Part shown: one piece after another, positions 1 to 13,149 of the stretch
Numbering within the stretch: position 1 is the first letter of the stretch
How the letters are laid out: the number at the start of each line of letters is the position of its first letter
From: Octopus sinensis
Taxonomy: Eukaryota
Assembly (NCBI RefSeq): GCF_006345805.1
Contig: NC_043017.1
Location: forward strand, 17,050,001-17,114,000
Reading direction: 5' to 3'
DNA: 64,000 bases
The notes under the pieces: model-generated
The model's database searches: none
What the model saw: the letters and a program-made list of their open reading frames with translations, nothing else
What the model was told of the DNA's origin: nothing
Made by a program: the position numbers and the translations under genes

Positions 1-230
1 TGTAATTAAATGGCAGTTTATGGGAAAGTGTCAGTAAATGTTGTATGTGTATAGTGAAGTCACCATCTTATCTGTGTTGCTTGCTTTCACTCATTGACAC
101 AACAGTGTGGGATTAATATTGATTTTGATTAGGTTTATAGATTCTGTTAGGATAGTTGTTGCTAAGCGAGTCTTGTCAACTCTTCTCAATCTGTATCTAA
201 GCTGAAGCCATTATGCTTTTATTGTTGCAG

Positions 231-275
231 GTGTATTTAGGATTTATACCTTAAAATATTTTGATCTATTTCAAA
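231..275 (+). other. Candidate 5'UTR exon of the annexin gene (would supply the A of a split ATG)
   Basis: Acceptor ttttattgttgcag ends at 230 and donor gttagt starts at 276. The exon ends in A, so joining it to 3424 (TG...) makes ATG. Splice signals only. Confidence 0.35.
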
Positions 276-282
276 GTTAGTA

Positions 283-526
283 GATTTCGTTTTTGGATTT
301 GGTTTGCAAGGTTCTTTATATGAGTTCGTGTGTTGAAGCATATTCTGTTGTGTCTGGGGAGAGTCATTTTCTTTTTGTGCTTTATGAGAGTCAAAACTAT
401 TGAAAAGATTGCAAGACGCAACGAAAATTTTAGGAGAATAGAAAATAAGAAAAAAGTGGAAATTTTACCGGTGAGTGTGTTATATCATAAGGCACAAAAA
501 GAAAATGACTCTCCCGAGACACAACA
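283..526. mobile_element. Fold-back repeat unit U, copy 1 (possibly Penelope-related)
   Basis: 42-bp inverted arms at 346-387 and 485-526. The same sequence occurs at 31729-32079 and 48758-48827. Confidence 0.6.
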
Positions 527-740
527 ATGTTGGTAGAGTTTTGCTGGAGTTTTACTTCTTCATTAGGATACATCCTATGTGTGGAAATTATAGGATTAGA
601 GACTTGTTCGTCTTCCATCACACACAATATAGACTTACAGGGTGTTCGGGCTAAATTTAACAATTTGCACCAAAAAAAAAATGCATTATCCTATCCAAAA
701 ATAAAAGTATTTAAAAAATTCAAAAAGTATCAACTAAATA

Positions 741-907
741 GACGTAGGAGTGGCTGTGTGGTAAGTAGCTTGCTCACCAACCACATGGTTCCAGGTTCAG
801 TCCCACTGCATGGCACCTTGAGCAAGTGTCTTCTACAATAGCCTCGGGCCAACCAAAGCCTTGTGAGTGGATTTGGTACATGGAAACTGAAAGAAGCCTG
901 TTGTATA

Positions 908-941
<34 letters not shown>

Positions 942-1114
942 ACATATATATATAATATATATATATTATATATATAATATATATACATATATATACATAT
1001 ATACATATTATATACATATATACATATATATACACATATATATATATATATATATACATATATATATACATATATATATATATACATATATATATACATA
1101 TATATATATATTAC

Positions 1115-1173
<59 letters not shown>

Positions 1174-1240
1174 CATATATATATACATACATATATATAT
1201 ATACATACATATTATATATATATACATATATATATATATA

Positions 1241-1271
<31 letters not shown>

Positions 1272-1299
1272 CATACATATATATATATATACATACATA

Positions 1300-1333
<34 letters not shown>

Positions 1334-1456
1334 CATACATATATATATACATACATATATATATATACATACATATATCTATATATATATATATACATTA
1401 TATATATATATATACATATATATATATACATATAATATATATATATATATACATAC

Positions 1457-1504
<48 letters not shown>

Positions 1505-1633
1505 ACATATATATATATTACATATATATATATATACATATAATATATATATATATATACATATATAATATATATATACATAACCCATGCTAGCATGGAA
1601 AGCGGACGTTAAACGATGATGATGATATATACA

Positions 1634-1667
<34 letters not shown>

Positions 1668-1668
1668 C

Positions 1669-1746
<78 letters not shown>

Positions 1747-1907
1747 CATGTGTGTGTTTGTGTGTCTGTCACAAAAGAGACCGATAGAATAAGTACTAGG
1801 CTTACAAAAAATAAGTCCTGGGGTCAATTTGCTCGACTAAAGGTGGTGCTCCAGCATGGCCACAGTCAAATGACTGAAATAAATAAAAGAGTAAAAAGAA
1901 TAAAGAG
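741..1907 (+). mobile_element. tRNA-derived SINE family A with ~850-bp internal TA expansion
   Basis: Head ggagtggctgtgtggtaagtag...ggttcagtccc, conserved body, tail ccagcatggccacagtcaaatgactgaaa. Confidence 0.9.
903..1750. repeat. Imperfect (TA)n/(TACA) microsatellite
   Basis: Seen directly. It is the source of the spurious YI-rich ORFs. Confidence 0.98.
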
Positions 1908-3423
1908 TAAATTGTGGTTGGAAGATAACAGTTTACTCAATGTAGCCAACTTCAGCTGCTCCCAAAGCCTCAAAACAACTCTGGAACCTGGTGCATGCAT
2001 TCCTCGCTGTGTCCCTGGGAAGATCTTTGAGCCTCACCTTGATCTTAGCCACCAGCATGGCCATGGTGTTGCAGGTGAAGCAGTTGATGTCTTTCGGGAG
2101 AATTAGGAAGCCAGATGTTGAGACTGGTGAAGTTGTAGAAATTCTCCAACAACCACTTCTGACTTTTTCTGATGGTATGGCAAGGAACCAAATACTGCTG
2201 CCACACATATGACCTTCCAGCAGCAACCCTCTCCAGCCAGGGTTTGACCATAGTCTCCAGTAGCTTCACATAGCTGTCTGAAATGAGCCTAAGGCCCTGT
2301 TGAAAGATGTGGGGTAGCATGATGTCACCCTCACAAGAGACACACCCAAAGACCATTATAGTTTTGGGGAACTTGGTTTTCATGAAGTCCATGTCACATC
2401 TCACAGCCTGGTTACAGTGATCAGAGAGCATTGAGCAGCAGTCATGATGTCAGCATTTTGACACCTGGTGTGAATCATCATGATACAGGTAACTCTTTTC
2501 CAATATTGAGATAGTTTCCAGTTCTCAGTTAACTTCTTCTCAACTACAACTTTAGTCTTTATGACCTCCAACACCATTGACTGCTCACCAATACATCAAG
2601 CGTTCCTGAAAGAAAGGAAACAAAAACATCAAGTTTAGCTCAAATATCCTGTAATAACAATTGTGAACAAATGTTTTAATCTAAAATTATGTTTTTACAA
2701 CATAAATTCCACACAAATGCAATCATGTACATCTTGCTCATTGTATAAAATTTTCGTAGTTGCATACCTACACTTGACGTGTCAATTATACAGGTGGGTT
2801 GTGGATTGGCTTTACCTATTTAAGGGACACTTATCATTTATTTACCTCTCAGCTACACTTCACAGTAACTGTTTAGCCTGATTTACTCACCTGCATATAA
2901 AACCTCTGCTGCTATTTTAAATTGCATATATTAAACTCCTTCAGAAATAAGACCAGTTTCACTGGTTAAGAAATTTCTGCTCTTAATGTTAATCCGTCTA
3001 AGTTTCAAAAATCCATTCAATGAATTCTGTTGCTGTTTCTTTGTTTTAATTTATAATGTGGCATAATGTTTGTACGATTGGGACGTTGCAATGCTCATCT
3101 TAGCATAATTCTATGAATTCAAACCTCACAACCTTCTAGGAATTTTGTTGGGCCTCCTTACTCAAGGCATCTGACTTCAAGCCTTAGTCTGCTTCATCAA
3201 CAAAATATTTCCATTTATAAGTTTTCAAAGGATTTCTACCATTAACCATTTGTAAAATCAATTCTAACATCATGCAAAATGTAACAAATTTACAAAAGTA
3301 ATTTTACCGTTTACTTCAGAGGTAAACAATTCCCTTACTTAATGATTGCCATGTTATACCCATTTTTTTTTTTTTTGTTTGAGAGGCTTTAGTACCCTAC
3401 ATCTTCACTATTCGATTTTCTAG

Positions 3424-3462
3424 TGTACCCTGCTCAGCCTGGGCATCAATACTACAACCCTG
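3424..3462 (+). CDS. Probable first coding exon of the annexin: (M)YPAQPGHQYYNP(G)
   Basis: Acceptor gattttctag and strong donor cctg|gtaagt. The 39-nt exon ends in phase 1, matching exon 48281. Its Y/P/Q/G-rich content resembles the downstream tail. Confidence 0.6.
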
Positions 3463-3808
3463 GTAAGTGGTAAAGCCCTGTTATATTCATAAGCACTATT
3501 GTCATGCTGCATGCTCAGGTTTATTATGACATGATTTTTTTTTTCTTAGTTTGATTTCCCAGTTCTTTCTCCATTCCATTTGTTTTTGTTAGTATTGTTA
3601 TCAAAACCATTACTTGTAGTGGTAGTAGCTGCTGTTGCTGCTACTACTACTACTACTACTATTACTACTACTACTGCTAATACTACTACTACTACTCATC
3701 ATTTAGAAGAGTTTTGTTGTTCACTATGTTTTCACTGTAACTGAGCATAGTTCCAAGTGTCTTGCATGAATACAGTGTGTTGTGTGTACTTTTATTGCAT
3801 TAACAAAG

Positions 3809-3814
<6 letters not shown>

Positions 3815-3866
<52 letters not shown>
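3815..3866. repeat. (TA)n microsatellite
   Basis: Seen directly. Confidence 0.98.
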
Positions 3867-3869
<3 letters not shown>

Positions 3870-6043
3870 GTACTCCCTAATAGTGTTTCTTTGTTATGTT
3901 CTGTGTGGTATAACCCTGAGGTGTTGGTTACATATATTTCTTTTTCTCCTTTAATGGGCATCATTTCTCTCTGTTGTTGTTTTTTAATTTTGTTTTATTA
4001 TATCTCTTTAGAGTTATATCTTTTGGTAATTTCTCCTAATTCTTTTATAGTTTGGTTGGAATTGATATCTATCTACCTGGCGATATTTTTTTCTTTAATG
4101 GTCATTGATTCAACTGGTTTTCATTTATGTTCCTGCTATTTATGTTCCTCTATCCCTAATCTATATGAGCACATTATAATGTCCTGAGACTTATAGTAAC
4201 TTTCTTACGTAGGATTGTTATGTGTGCGGCCTCCAGTCTTGTTCTCCCAGAATATATATTTTGTTTATCTAGAAACAGCATATTTATATACTGGTGTTAC
4301 TCGCTACATTCTGTTCTAACACACACCTAGTCTCTGTATAGAAGGCTTTAGCCCGGTGTGGCATTCGGGAACTCTTTGGAACTCGGCTTTGAGCTCTCAG
4401 ATTAAAAACTACTGCTGGTCAATACGTTGGTCAATTTCTGCCCTGCTCAGTTTGTTATATTGATTTTCTACTGGCACATGTTGTAATTTGTTGTAATTTC
4501 TTGTTAATTTTAAATGTTTTTTTACTTAGTCCTAGTTTCCTTGTCCTCTTCATAATTATCCGTCACTTAAGCCCCTATTTCATATTTCTTGGAAATAACA
4601 AGTGTTCCTTATATTAAGTAATTATAAAGTATTTTATAATTGCTCACTCGCTGCTTTGAATATAATTCTATAGCTACAAAAGGCCTATGCATCCTTACGT
4701 TCAAGGTAAATATACTCCCTCAGTGTCAGTATGAAAAGATTAATATTTTCTAATTTTCATTGAACTATTTTTGATATCTTATTAATTTGAGAAGCTGTTT
4801 CCATTCAATCTGTCTGAGATCACACTGCTTCTTTTGTCTAATGCTGATTGCACTAAGTCAATAATATCCATTTCCTATTAGCTCCTTTCTTATATATTAA
4901 TCAAAACTTCTGAAATAGTATTGTGATTTTTGAAGTTCTCTCTACTGAAACTTTTGATATTTGTCATGCTAACTCTTAGGTCATTGAAACTAGAACCATA
5001 TTTGTAGTTTTGAAACTTTATTTTGATATTATCCAAGGAGAAGCATATCATCACTGATAACCAGTCCAGTCCAGTGTTATCGCTTTCAGAACTCTCAGCT
5101 TTTATTCAATGTTTCCCTTCTTTTATTGTTATATAACCAGAAGAAATATTTGTTCCAATTTAAACTCAAAAGCTTACAAATAAAAAACAAAGCAAAACTT
5201 TAACCTAAAGTTGTCACAAATTGAATGTTTTTTTACACTATTAATTATAATTACTAATACCAGAAAAAAGTTGTGTTTTTGGGAGCATATTTCTTATACG
5301 TTTTGTTTATCAAATAATTTTGTTCTTCATAAACCCTCTCGTTAGCCTAGCATATGTCATGATGAATAACTGGGTCATATACTCATTATCCAAAGAACTT
5401 ACTAAAATTATAATTTATGATAAACAAAAATATGACATTTTTAATTTACTTAATAATTATTATCACTCTAGTTACTCTTTTGTTAACGGGTTTTCAATTA
5501 AATTGCAAAATAATAATTTTAGACTGGTTCTTTTACTAATCTGTTATGTTGTTTACTGATATATGTTGACTTTGTGCTGTGATACAAATAAAAGGTGAAA
5601 ATTTTGTCTCAGAACTTCTGGTTTCAGGTAAATGCAGTGAAATGTAAAAAATATTTAAATTTGTTTTAATATTTTCATAAAACATGAGTTTTAGCCATTA
5701 TTCAGTTTCGATAAATATCAATTGTTGTCTGTGTCTCTGTTTAATAATTTAGTCAATGAAGAATTATACTCATTGTTGGATTTTCATTTGAGTTTGAATT
5801 CATAAAATGGGTAAATAGCTTGAAGGTTCGATTTTCTAGTTGTCTTCAAACACCCACACAACACACCCTTCACATGCCTACACACTAACCCCTTCACACT
5901 CCCTCTCTGTCTTTGTTCTATATCAGTCCAATATAATAATCAGACTTTGTTAGCCATCTTTAATTTCAGTTATATGAATATTAAGAATAGAAAATAAAAT
6001 AAAATTTGAGTAAAGTATTTTAAGAAAATTTCTCATATTTGAA

Positions 6044-6265
6044 CCCTTTCGTTACTGTATTCATTTTGAGATGCTCTGTGTTTCTTTCAATTATTTAAAA
6101 ATATAACAAAGAATTTAGTAAAATAACTTAGTTATCATTAAAGCTAGTGTTGTGAATATAAATTGTGACTAAGGTTTGGTGGAAGATTTTTATTCAAAAC
6201 TTATGAAAACAAGACATTTGTACTCAGAGCCAGAGCCGGTTTCAGTCAGGTTAATAACAAAAGGG
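6044..6265 (+). mobile_element. piggyBac-type MITE family 1
   Basis: Ends ccctttcgttac ... taacaaaaggg, with tgaa/ttaa flanks. Homologous copies at 20331 and 20582. Confidence 0.85.
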
Positions 6266-8071
6266 TTAAGCAATTGTCTAATATTTATTTCATGAAAAGA
6301 TGTAGAACATAATAATGCATCTGTAGAACATCTGGATGTTTTGCCTTTCTGATGTTGATGTTTTCAGTAGAGCCTCTTGTGGTTAAGATGTGTATTTTAT
6401 AGAGATTGGCTTATTCCAACAAACTTATTTGCCTTTCCTTTTGGGTTTCTTTCTCTTTGGCCATCGGTGTTGTTGCAGCAGCTGCTGCTCAGACCAGCAG
6501 ATGCTGACATCACTTTTGTGTCTTTTGCTGCTACCAGAAGAGTAAGATGTTACATTGTCTATGAAAACCCCTAAATATGAGAACAGCAGACTAACGGTAT
6601 GACTAGCAAAAGGAATGACAATCGCATCCAATAAAAAACAAAAAAAAATCAAAAGGCACATCACCCTTCAGTAAATTCTGGAACCCAATTGTTTTTGGTG
6701 CCCCTTATGGAAGAACAGTTATCAAATCCTTTGATATTTTCTAAAGAAGTATTTCTTAAACATTTCAAACTTTTCTTTTATTAACACTTGTTACTAACCC
6801 CTTTGATCTGATGCAACACTCTCCCATGCATATACGCATAATACCAGGCCAGAGTTCTGGATGCTAGCTTCATGCAAATGACGAACTTACAGCTGCACCA
6901 CTTGACCATAAGCAAATATTTAACACATCACTGCTTGACTTTAATTATTTACTCAACCTTTAGCACATATTGTTAGCCAAACTTAAGTATGTATTTTTGT
7001 ACTTCTTACATAATCCCATAGCAACCAGCTGAAAATTATCTTTCCATTCCAGTTTATCATTGTATTTTCTATATATTCACACACGCACACATGTGCACTG
7101 GGAATTCATATGATTATGCAACAAGTAATTTATTAATTTTTTTAACCTCTTCCCCTAAAATCCTAAAACTTCCACCCTTTCTCAAACTTTGTTTAAAATA
7201 CAGTCAGTCCAAATTTGTCATGTATGTTTTATTTATAATTTCAAAATAATTTTTGGAATTCAAATTCAAAAAGTTACCAAACATTCATACATTTATCTGT
7301 TTATACAAATGGGTAGATTGAGATTAACAGATGACACTCCTAACTAGAATCAACATCATTCAGATATGTACATAATGCATTTTGGTAACATCTGGACTCA
7401 TATTAATTATGACAGAACATTTTTGTGGCTAACAGATATGTTATCACTATTTTTTTTTTTTTATGAAAGACTGTTCCATCTTGAATGATTTACAAAAACA
7501 CTTGTTTTGTATTTTTTCCATTGATAATTTTTTGCAATCTTACTGTTCGGAAAGACTCTTAAATGCCATCAAAAGATGATCAGCTAAAATAACCAACAAT
7601 AAGCCGTTCCCTTTTGGCTTTCCATTGGCTTCTTTTTTTTTTCCATGAATTAAGAAATATCATCACTAGATTTAACCATCTCCAAGCATTTCTTATGTTT
7701 GAAGATTTGTGTTTCATTAGCTTGGCTGTATCTGCATTACTCAGAGTAATGGATGCAGCATCTACTTCCTTACTGCCACCCACCATTCCTTCCTCAAGTA
7801 CCAGCAACTTAAAAAGATGAAAATTGGAATTCTACAGATCAGCATACTAATGTTCGTAACTCTGAACTGACAGGAATGCTCTTCTTGCTCACCATTACCA
7901 CCACCACCACTGTCGCCACCACCACCATCATCATCATCATAATTCATTTTAATTCTGTAACTCATGTGGAGAACATAGACAGTAAAAGGTTCAATTATTA
8001 GCGATGTAAGTATCAATTTTCAGGGAAAATACAGACATCTGCCAAAAGTACCGTATGTAATATATTAGTGG

Positions 8072-8243
8072 AATTAGAAAATTACTATTTTTAAATCTCA
8101 CAACGTAAGATATTCAGCAACAGTACTTTTTAGTAAAGATTATTTTTTCAAAGTGACAACTAGTCACTGATTTATAAATTAGAAAATTACTACTTTTAAA
8201 TCTCACAATGTGAGATATTCAGCAACAGTATTTTTTAGTAAAG
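8072..8243 (+). repeat. 67-bp direct repeat, two copies, period 105 bp
   Basis: aattagaaaattacta...tagtaaag at 8072-8138 and 8177-8243. Confidence 0.9.
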
Positions 8244-8705
8244 GTTGTTCGAAAATATAAGGACACAAATCGTGTTGTATAGCCAGCTGGAGACGATGTC
8301 TCTTGGGACTAAATTACAGCAACATTAGTCCTGAACCAGGACTGCCATTAGTAAACAATCTTTATTACGATTAGTGGAATTGTTTATCATAAAATTACAT
8401 TTTTAAATTGTGACTTGTTAAAAAGACAAATATTTAAAATACTTTCTAACAGGTTTGAAAAATTTGTTAAAATTATGAATAATTTATATTTAGCAGATGA
8501 CCATCAGTTTGATGGCCTTCTAAGGACTGATTTATTATTTTATAATTTGACATACATAAATTGTTAACACTTCCTTACACACACTGAATTATCAACAGGA
8601 AATATTTTTTAGATTGTTGACTTTAGCTTTTCAGCTGTTTTTTTAAATTTTTTACAAAATGCAAAATGTCAAAACAACAAAAGTTTATTTCATCAGAACT
8701 CTTGT

Positions 8706-8746
<41 letters not shown>

Positions 8747-9299
8747 ATTGAATACAGAATGTGATATTTGCTGACAAATGGTCATTTAGCTGAGCAGCAG
8801 ACTACAGGTAACGAGCAACTTAGGAAAAACTATTGTGATAATAATGGGGGACTTTTGAACGTCTGACTTCCTCTGTATAATGGATTATTTTATGAATGTG
8901 TCAGACCAGTTTTCATTGCTTGGAGCAGATATGTTGCATCGAAGTTGACAATTGGAATATGCAGTCTGCATTTGTAGCCATAGCTATTTTGGGGCTATCT
9001 TTAAGTTTTCATTTTCAAATATGATTTTCATTTCATACCTCAACATTTTGTTACTGCATTAAGTTGAGTTAAAGAACTATGTAAGAATGCTTTCACTTTC
9101 AGTTTCCACTTAATGAAACCCAGCTCAGAGTTATATTAACTTCAACCCAAAATAATATTGCATTTACTTCTAAATTTATTAGTAAAGTGAAATGTAATTT
9201 TTCTTGCTGGGAATCAAAGTCAAATCTATGGATTTACTTATTAAACATACCACTACATATGTTGTCATTTTCTATTTGACCATTTAAAAACTACTTGCA

Positions 9300-9790
9300 T
9301 CATGGCTGTGTGGATAGGCACAGGTGTGGCCTTGTGGTAAGAAGTTCAGTCTCATTGTATGGTACCTTGTTAGTGGATTAAAAGAATCCCATCATATATG
9401 TGTATATCATCATCATCATCGTTTAACATCCGCTTTCCATGCTAGCATGAGTTGGACGGTTTTGACTGAGGGCTGGCAAACCAGATGGCTGCACCAGGCT
9501 CCAATCTTGATCTAGCAGAGTTTCTACAGCTGGATGCCCTTCCTAACGCCAACCACTCTGAGAGTGTATACATCCATGTTTATGTGTTTTTGTGTTTGTG
9601 CTGCATTCATCACCCACAGGTGTTGGTTTGTTTATATCCCCATAATTTAGCAGTTCAGCATAAGGGACTCATAGAATAAGTATCAGGCTTAAAAAAAAAT
9701 AATAAATGCTGGGGTCAATTTGTTTGACTAAACTTTTTAAAGCAGAGCCCTAACATGGCTGCAATCCAATGACTATAACAAGTAAAAGAT
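9300..9790 (+). mobile_element. Degenerate SINE A interrupted by a family C fragment (9407-9565, - strand)
   Basis: SINE A head, then catcatc-gtttaacatccgc block, then SINE A 3' half. Confidence 0.7.
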
Positions 9791-9892
9791 AAATTTCATA
9801 TTCCACAACATTTTCTACAGTTTAGAGATCCAGCTTATTAACATCAGTAGTAAAAACTATGTGAGGTATATATTCATAAAATCTCTATATTA

Positions 9893-10038
9893 GTCGCAGG
9901 TGTGGCTGTGTGGTAAGAAGCTTACTTCCCAACCACATGGCTTCAGGTTCACTCTCATTGCATGTCACCTTGAGCAAGCGTCACTTTGACCAAAGCCTTG
10001 TGAGTGGATTTGGCAGATGGAAACTGAAAGAAGCCTGT

Positions 10039-10075
<37 letters not shown>

Positions 10076-10348
10076 ATATATGTGTTATATTTGTGTGTCT
10101 TCATGTCTGTTTGTCCTCTCCACCATCATTTCACAACTGATGTTGGTGAGTTTACGACCCTGTAACTTAGCAGTTCAGTAACAGAGACCAATAAAATAAG
10201 TACTAGGCTTAAAAGTACTTATAGACCGATAAGTACTGGGTTTAAATGAATTAGTCCTGGGGTTGATCTCTTCAACTAAAAAACCCTTTAAGGCAGTGCT
10301 CCAGCATGGCCACAGTCAAATGACTGAAACAAGTAAAAGAATGAAAGA
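9893..10348 (+). mobile_element. SINE family A
   Basis: Head, body, TA tract and tail are all recognisable. Confidence 0.85.
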
Positions 10349-10619
10349 ATATTTTTTTCTTTGCATTTATTTAATTAAAAAAATTTTTTTTGTTATTTCA
10401 TATCTTCATGATTACAGGGACCTTGCAAGTTGCTCTATTAAAAAACAGAGCGACCTGAAAGGTCCCTGTAATTTATAGAAACTTCTTGTCATCGGTTGCA
10501 CAATATGGCTTGGCATCCACCAACAGAACATCTTCAACTAAAAGATTTGTTTTTAATTGGTGAATAGACCTCTTTATGAAAATATTCCCACAGGCACAAT
10601 CCAAATGGATTTTCCTTCA

Positions 10620-10879
10620 CTGACCCATCCGAACGTAGCCGTAGCCAGCACCACCTCGACTAGCCTCCATGCCGGTGGCATGTAAAAATCACCATCCGAT
10701 CGTGGCCATTGCCAGCTTCGTCTGGTCTCCGTGCTGGTGGCACATAAAAAGCACCCACTACACTCACGGAGTGGTTGGCATTAGGAAGGGCATCCAGCTG
10801 TAGAAATACTGCCAGATCAGACTGGGCCTGGTGCAGCCTTCTGGCTTCCCAGACCCCAGTCGAACCGTCCAACCCATGG
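10620..10879 (+). mobile_element. Family C repeat (RTE 3'UTR-derived)
   Basis: ggcacataaaaagcacc...ggttggcattaggaagggcatccagctgtagaaa...ccaacccatg. Confidence 0.85.
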
Positions 10880-11699
10880 AGTTCCATTTAACACAAATAA
10901 CCAAGTTAATAATTTGATTTCTGTAGCAGCACTAATATCTGGACATGGATATGTAATTGTGAATCTTAATCATCAGCAATAACCAAAATTTACTCAGTTT
11001 TTTGACCAGCATTTACAGAACAAGGAGCATAAGTTAGAAATCTTCTGTAATACAACAGGCAAAATGATATGAAAGTGGTGCAAAGTCTTTGAAGGCAAAA
11101 TATGTCGAAGGAATTAATGTGCATTACTCAACACAATAACTTAAGGTTGGTGCGTTTTGTTGACTATGAGATAAGACAAATGAAAGAAACGAAAAGACCG
11201 ACTTACTGAGCAGAGTAACACAGATTTCCCTTGGCAGCTTAGAAGCTCTGACCTAGATTGAATTTGCCAGCTTTTTACAACTGTAAGCTACCCTTCTAGA
11301 ACCTTCAGCAAAACTGTTTAGAGGGGAGAGCTTGCACACTTCCTTTGATGTGTGGTGCATTAACCAAAAGTCAGCCAGTGCTGATTGGTTGGGTCATATT
11401 CATGTAGGCATTAATACCTTTCATGGTGATATTTTTTTTTGTTTTATGGGAGTACAATAGATCATAATTCTGAACTAGGAAAGTCTGAGAGCTGTGGTTC
11501 AAACCTCAGCTAGAGTCTTGCTACAACCTCAATTTTGAAAGAACTTCCTATTGAAAAACTTTCTGCTTGCACTTGTATGTATATGCATTTGTATTTGTCT
11601 ATTCTGTAAATTTTTTCAGACTTTTTTTTTGCTTCAGTTTATGATCATCACAAGGAATGCGTCATAATTATATTGTTAATTATTTAATTAGAAAATAGA

Positions 11700-12489
11700 G
11701 CTTGGCCTCTAAAAAAAAGATCATCTGAGGAATATTTCAGTGTCATCTGAGTGATTCTGACTAGAATGTCTATCTGGATTCATTGAGCAGGAGTGGAATG
11801 ATCATGTGGCTAATCTGCATTAATGCATTTGTTGGTGATGTGGATATTACAAAACCTTTGAACTTAGAATCAAAACCTATTAATTTCTTCAAATTTTTTT
11901 CCTAAAGAACTGCTTGTGACAATAAGCAAGGTCTGCACATCAACTTTTGTTACATTAACAGTGAAGACGAAGGCATATTTTGGAGTGAATTTTCTCATGG
12001 GAGCTGCACAACTTCCAAGTTATAGAAACTATTGGAACACTAATTCAATTTTGAGACTGGAAACCAAATGGTGTCCAGAGATCAGTGTGAAGAAGGGACA
12101 ATAATATTTTCATCTAAACAATTCCACCATCAATTCCTGGACCTGGTTAACTTTATAAAATTTGCTCCCATCTTGGTAAAACCTCATAACATACAAGCTT
12201 CACAAGAATCTTGCAGTTGATAAGGCAATGGTTAAATTTAAGTTTAGATTTACCTTTCTCAGCCGTGCAATCAGGGCATCAAAGTCTAAGGTCATTGCCA
12301 AAACTCAAAGAGCTTTTGCCTCAACTTCAATATTTACACAAGCAAGAATGAGGGAAGTGTAGGAGGAGAAAACATTTCATTTGGCACTGAAGATCTGTTA
12401 CAGATCTGTGGAACCTTGTCACAAAAAGTGGCATCATGTTTATTGTAAACATTTCTTCATATCAGTGAAACTGCTTGAGGTGTATCACT
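11700..12489 (+). mobile_element. Degenerate piggyBac transposase remnant
   Basis: Motifs across several frames: KAYFGVNFLMGAAQLPSYRNYW, LAVDKAMVKFK, GIKV, NFNIYTSK, HHVYCKHFFISVKLLE. Confidence 0.8.
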
Positions 12490-12529
12490 TAATAATAATA
12501 ATAATAATAATAATAATGATAATAATAAT

Positions 12530-13104
12530 AATGCCTGATGCAGTACCAGGCAGTGGCTCTCATGGCTTCTGATCTTAATTGATTGGAAGTGTTATCATGT
12601 ACATTGATTTGTCTTGGTATAAAAGATGGGCTACAGTAAATATTCTGCTCAATACCACAGATTTGCTTGTCAGTTGTTTTACCTTAACCAGTTGAGCGTG
12701 TCCCTTAGTGGCTGACGATGTGTGCATCTCTTATCACAAGCAGAAGTAGTGGGGGAGCATCATAGCTGTGTGTTGAAAGGAATTCTTAGAGGTTTGGATA
12801 ATTCACCTTTGGAAACATGGGTGGTTCGTTCGACATCCTTAAACAATCCTTATTCAGGGACCTTTTGAGTGGGATGGGTTACTCAACCAGAAGAAAATTC
12901 TAACTGGGCCCCACCTGCATGGTCATGTGCTGTTTATCTTGATATGAGATCACCATGTTGTGCACATATGGTCGTGATGCATGTGCCTGGTGTACCCTTA
13001 TCAGACGGGTAGTCATGATGGGTATACTGGCTTCGTATATTTTACCCCAGTGTCACTTTGATGGCATGGATTGCTATCTCACTCAATAATAATAATAATA
13101 ATAG
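12530..13104 (+). mobile_element. Unclassified (TAA)n-tailed retroelement fragment
   Basis: GC-richer block between (AAT)n tracts that truncates the piggyBac remnant. Confidence 0.5.
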
Positions 13105-13149
13105 GGCAGAACCTACACTAGAACATCTGTCATCATTATGACTTTCCTC

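Larger units (their letters stand above)
638..2651 (-). mobile_element. Degenerate Tc1/mariner element (maT/DD37D-like) with nested SINE
   Basis: TA-flanked degenerate TIRs cagggtgttcgggctaaattt / aagtttagctcaaatatcctg. Transposase remnant KTKFPKTIMVFGCVSCEGDIMLPH...YVWQQ...IWLPNSP. Confidence 0.85.

Noticed and set aside
730-1827. Long YI/IY-rich ORFs (also at 40523-40947 and 43687-44375)
   Set aside because: They are translations of TA microsatellites, not genes.
3870-4530. A-rich - strand reading with a CpG-richer end
   Set aside because: It has many stops and no recognisable motif; it is probably a decayed element, too weak to call.
5613-5627. 15-nt symmetric microexon candidate (ELLVS)
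   Set aside because: It has AG/GT only and a composition unlike the tail; such matches are expected by chance in 45 kb.
8790-8807. 18-nt symmetric microexon candidate (AEQQTT)
   Set aside because: The pyrimidine tract is weak and there is no other support.
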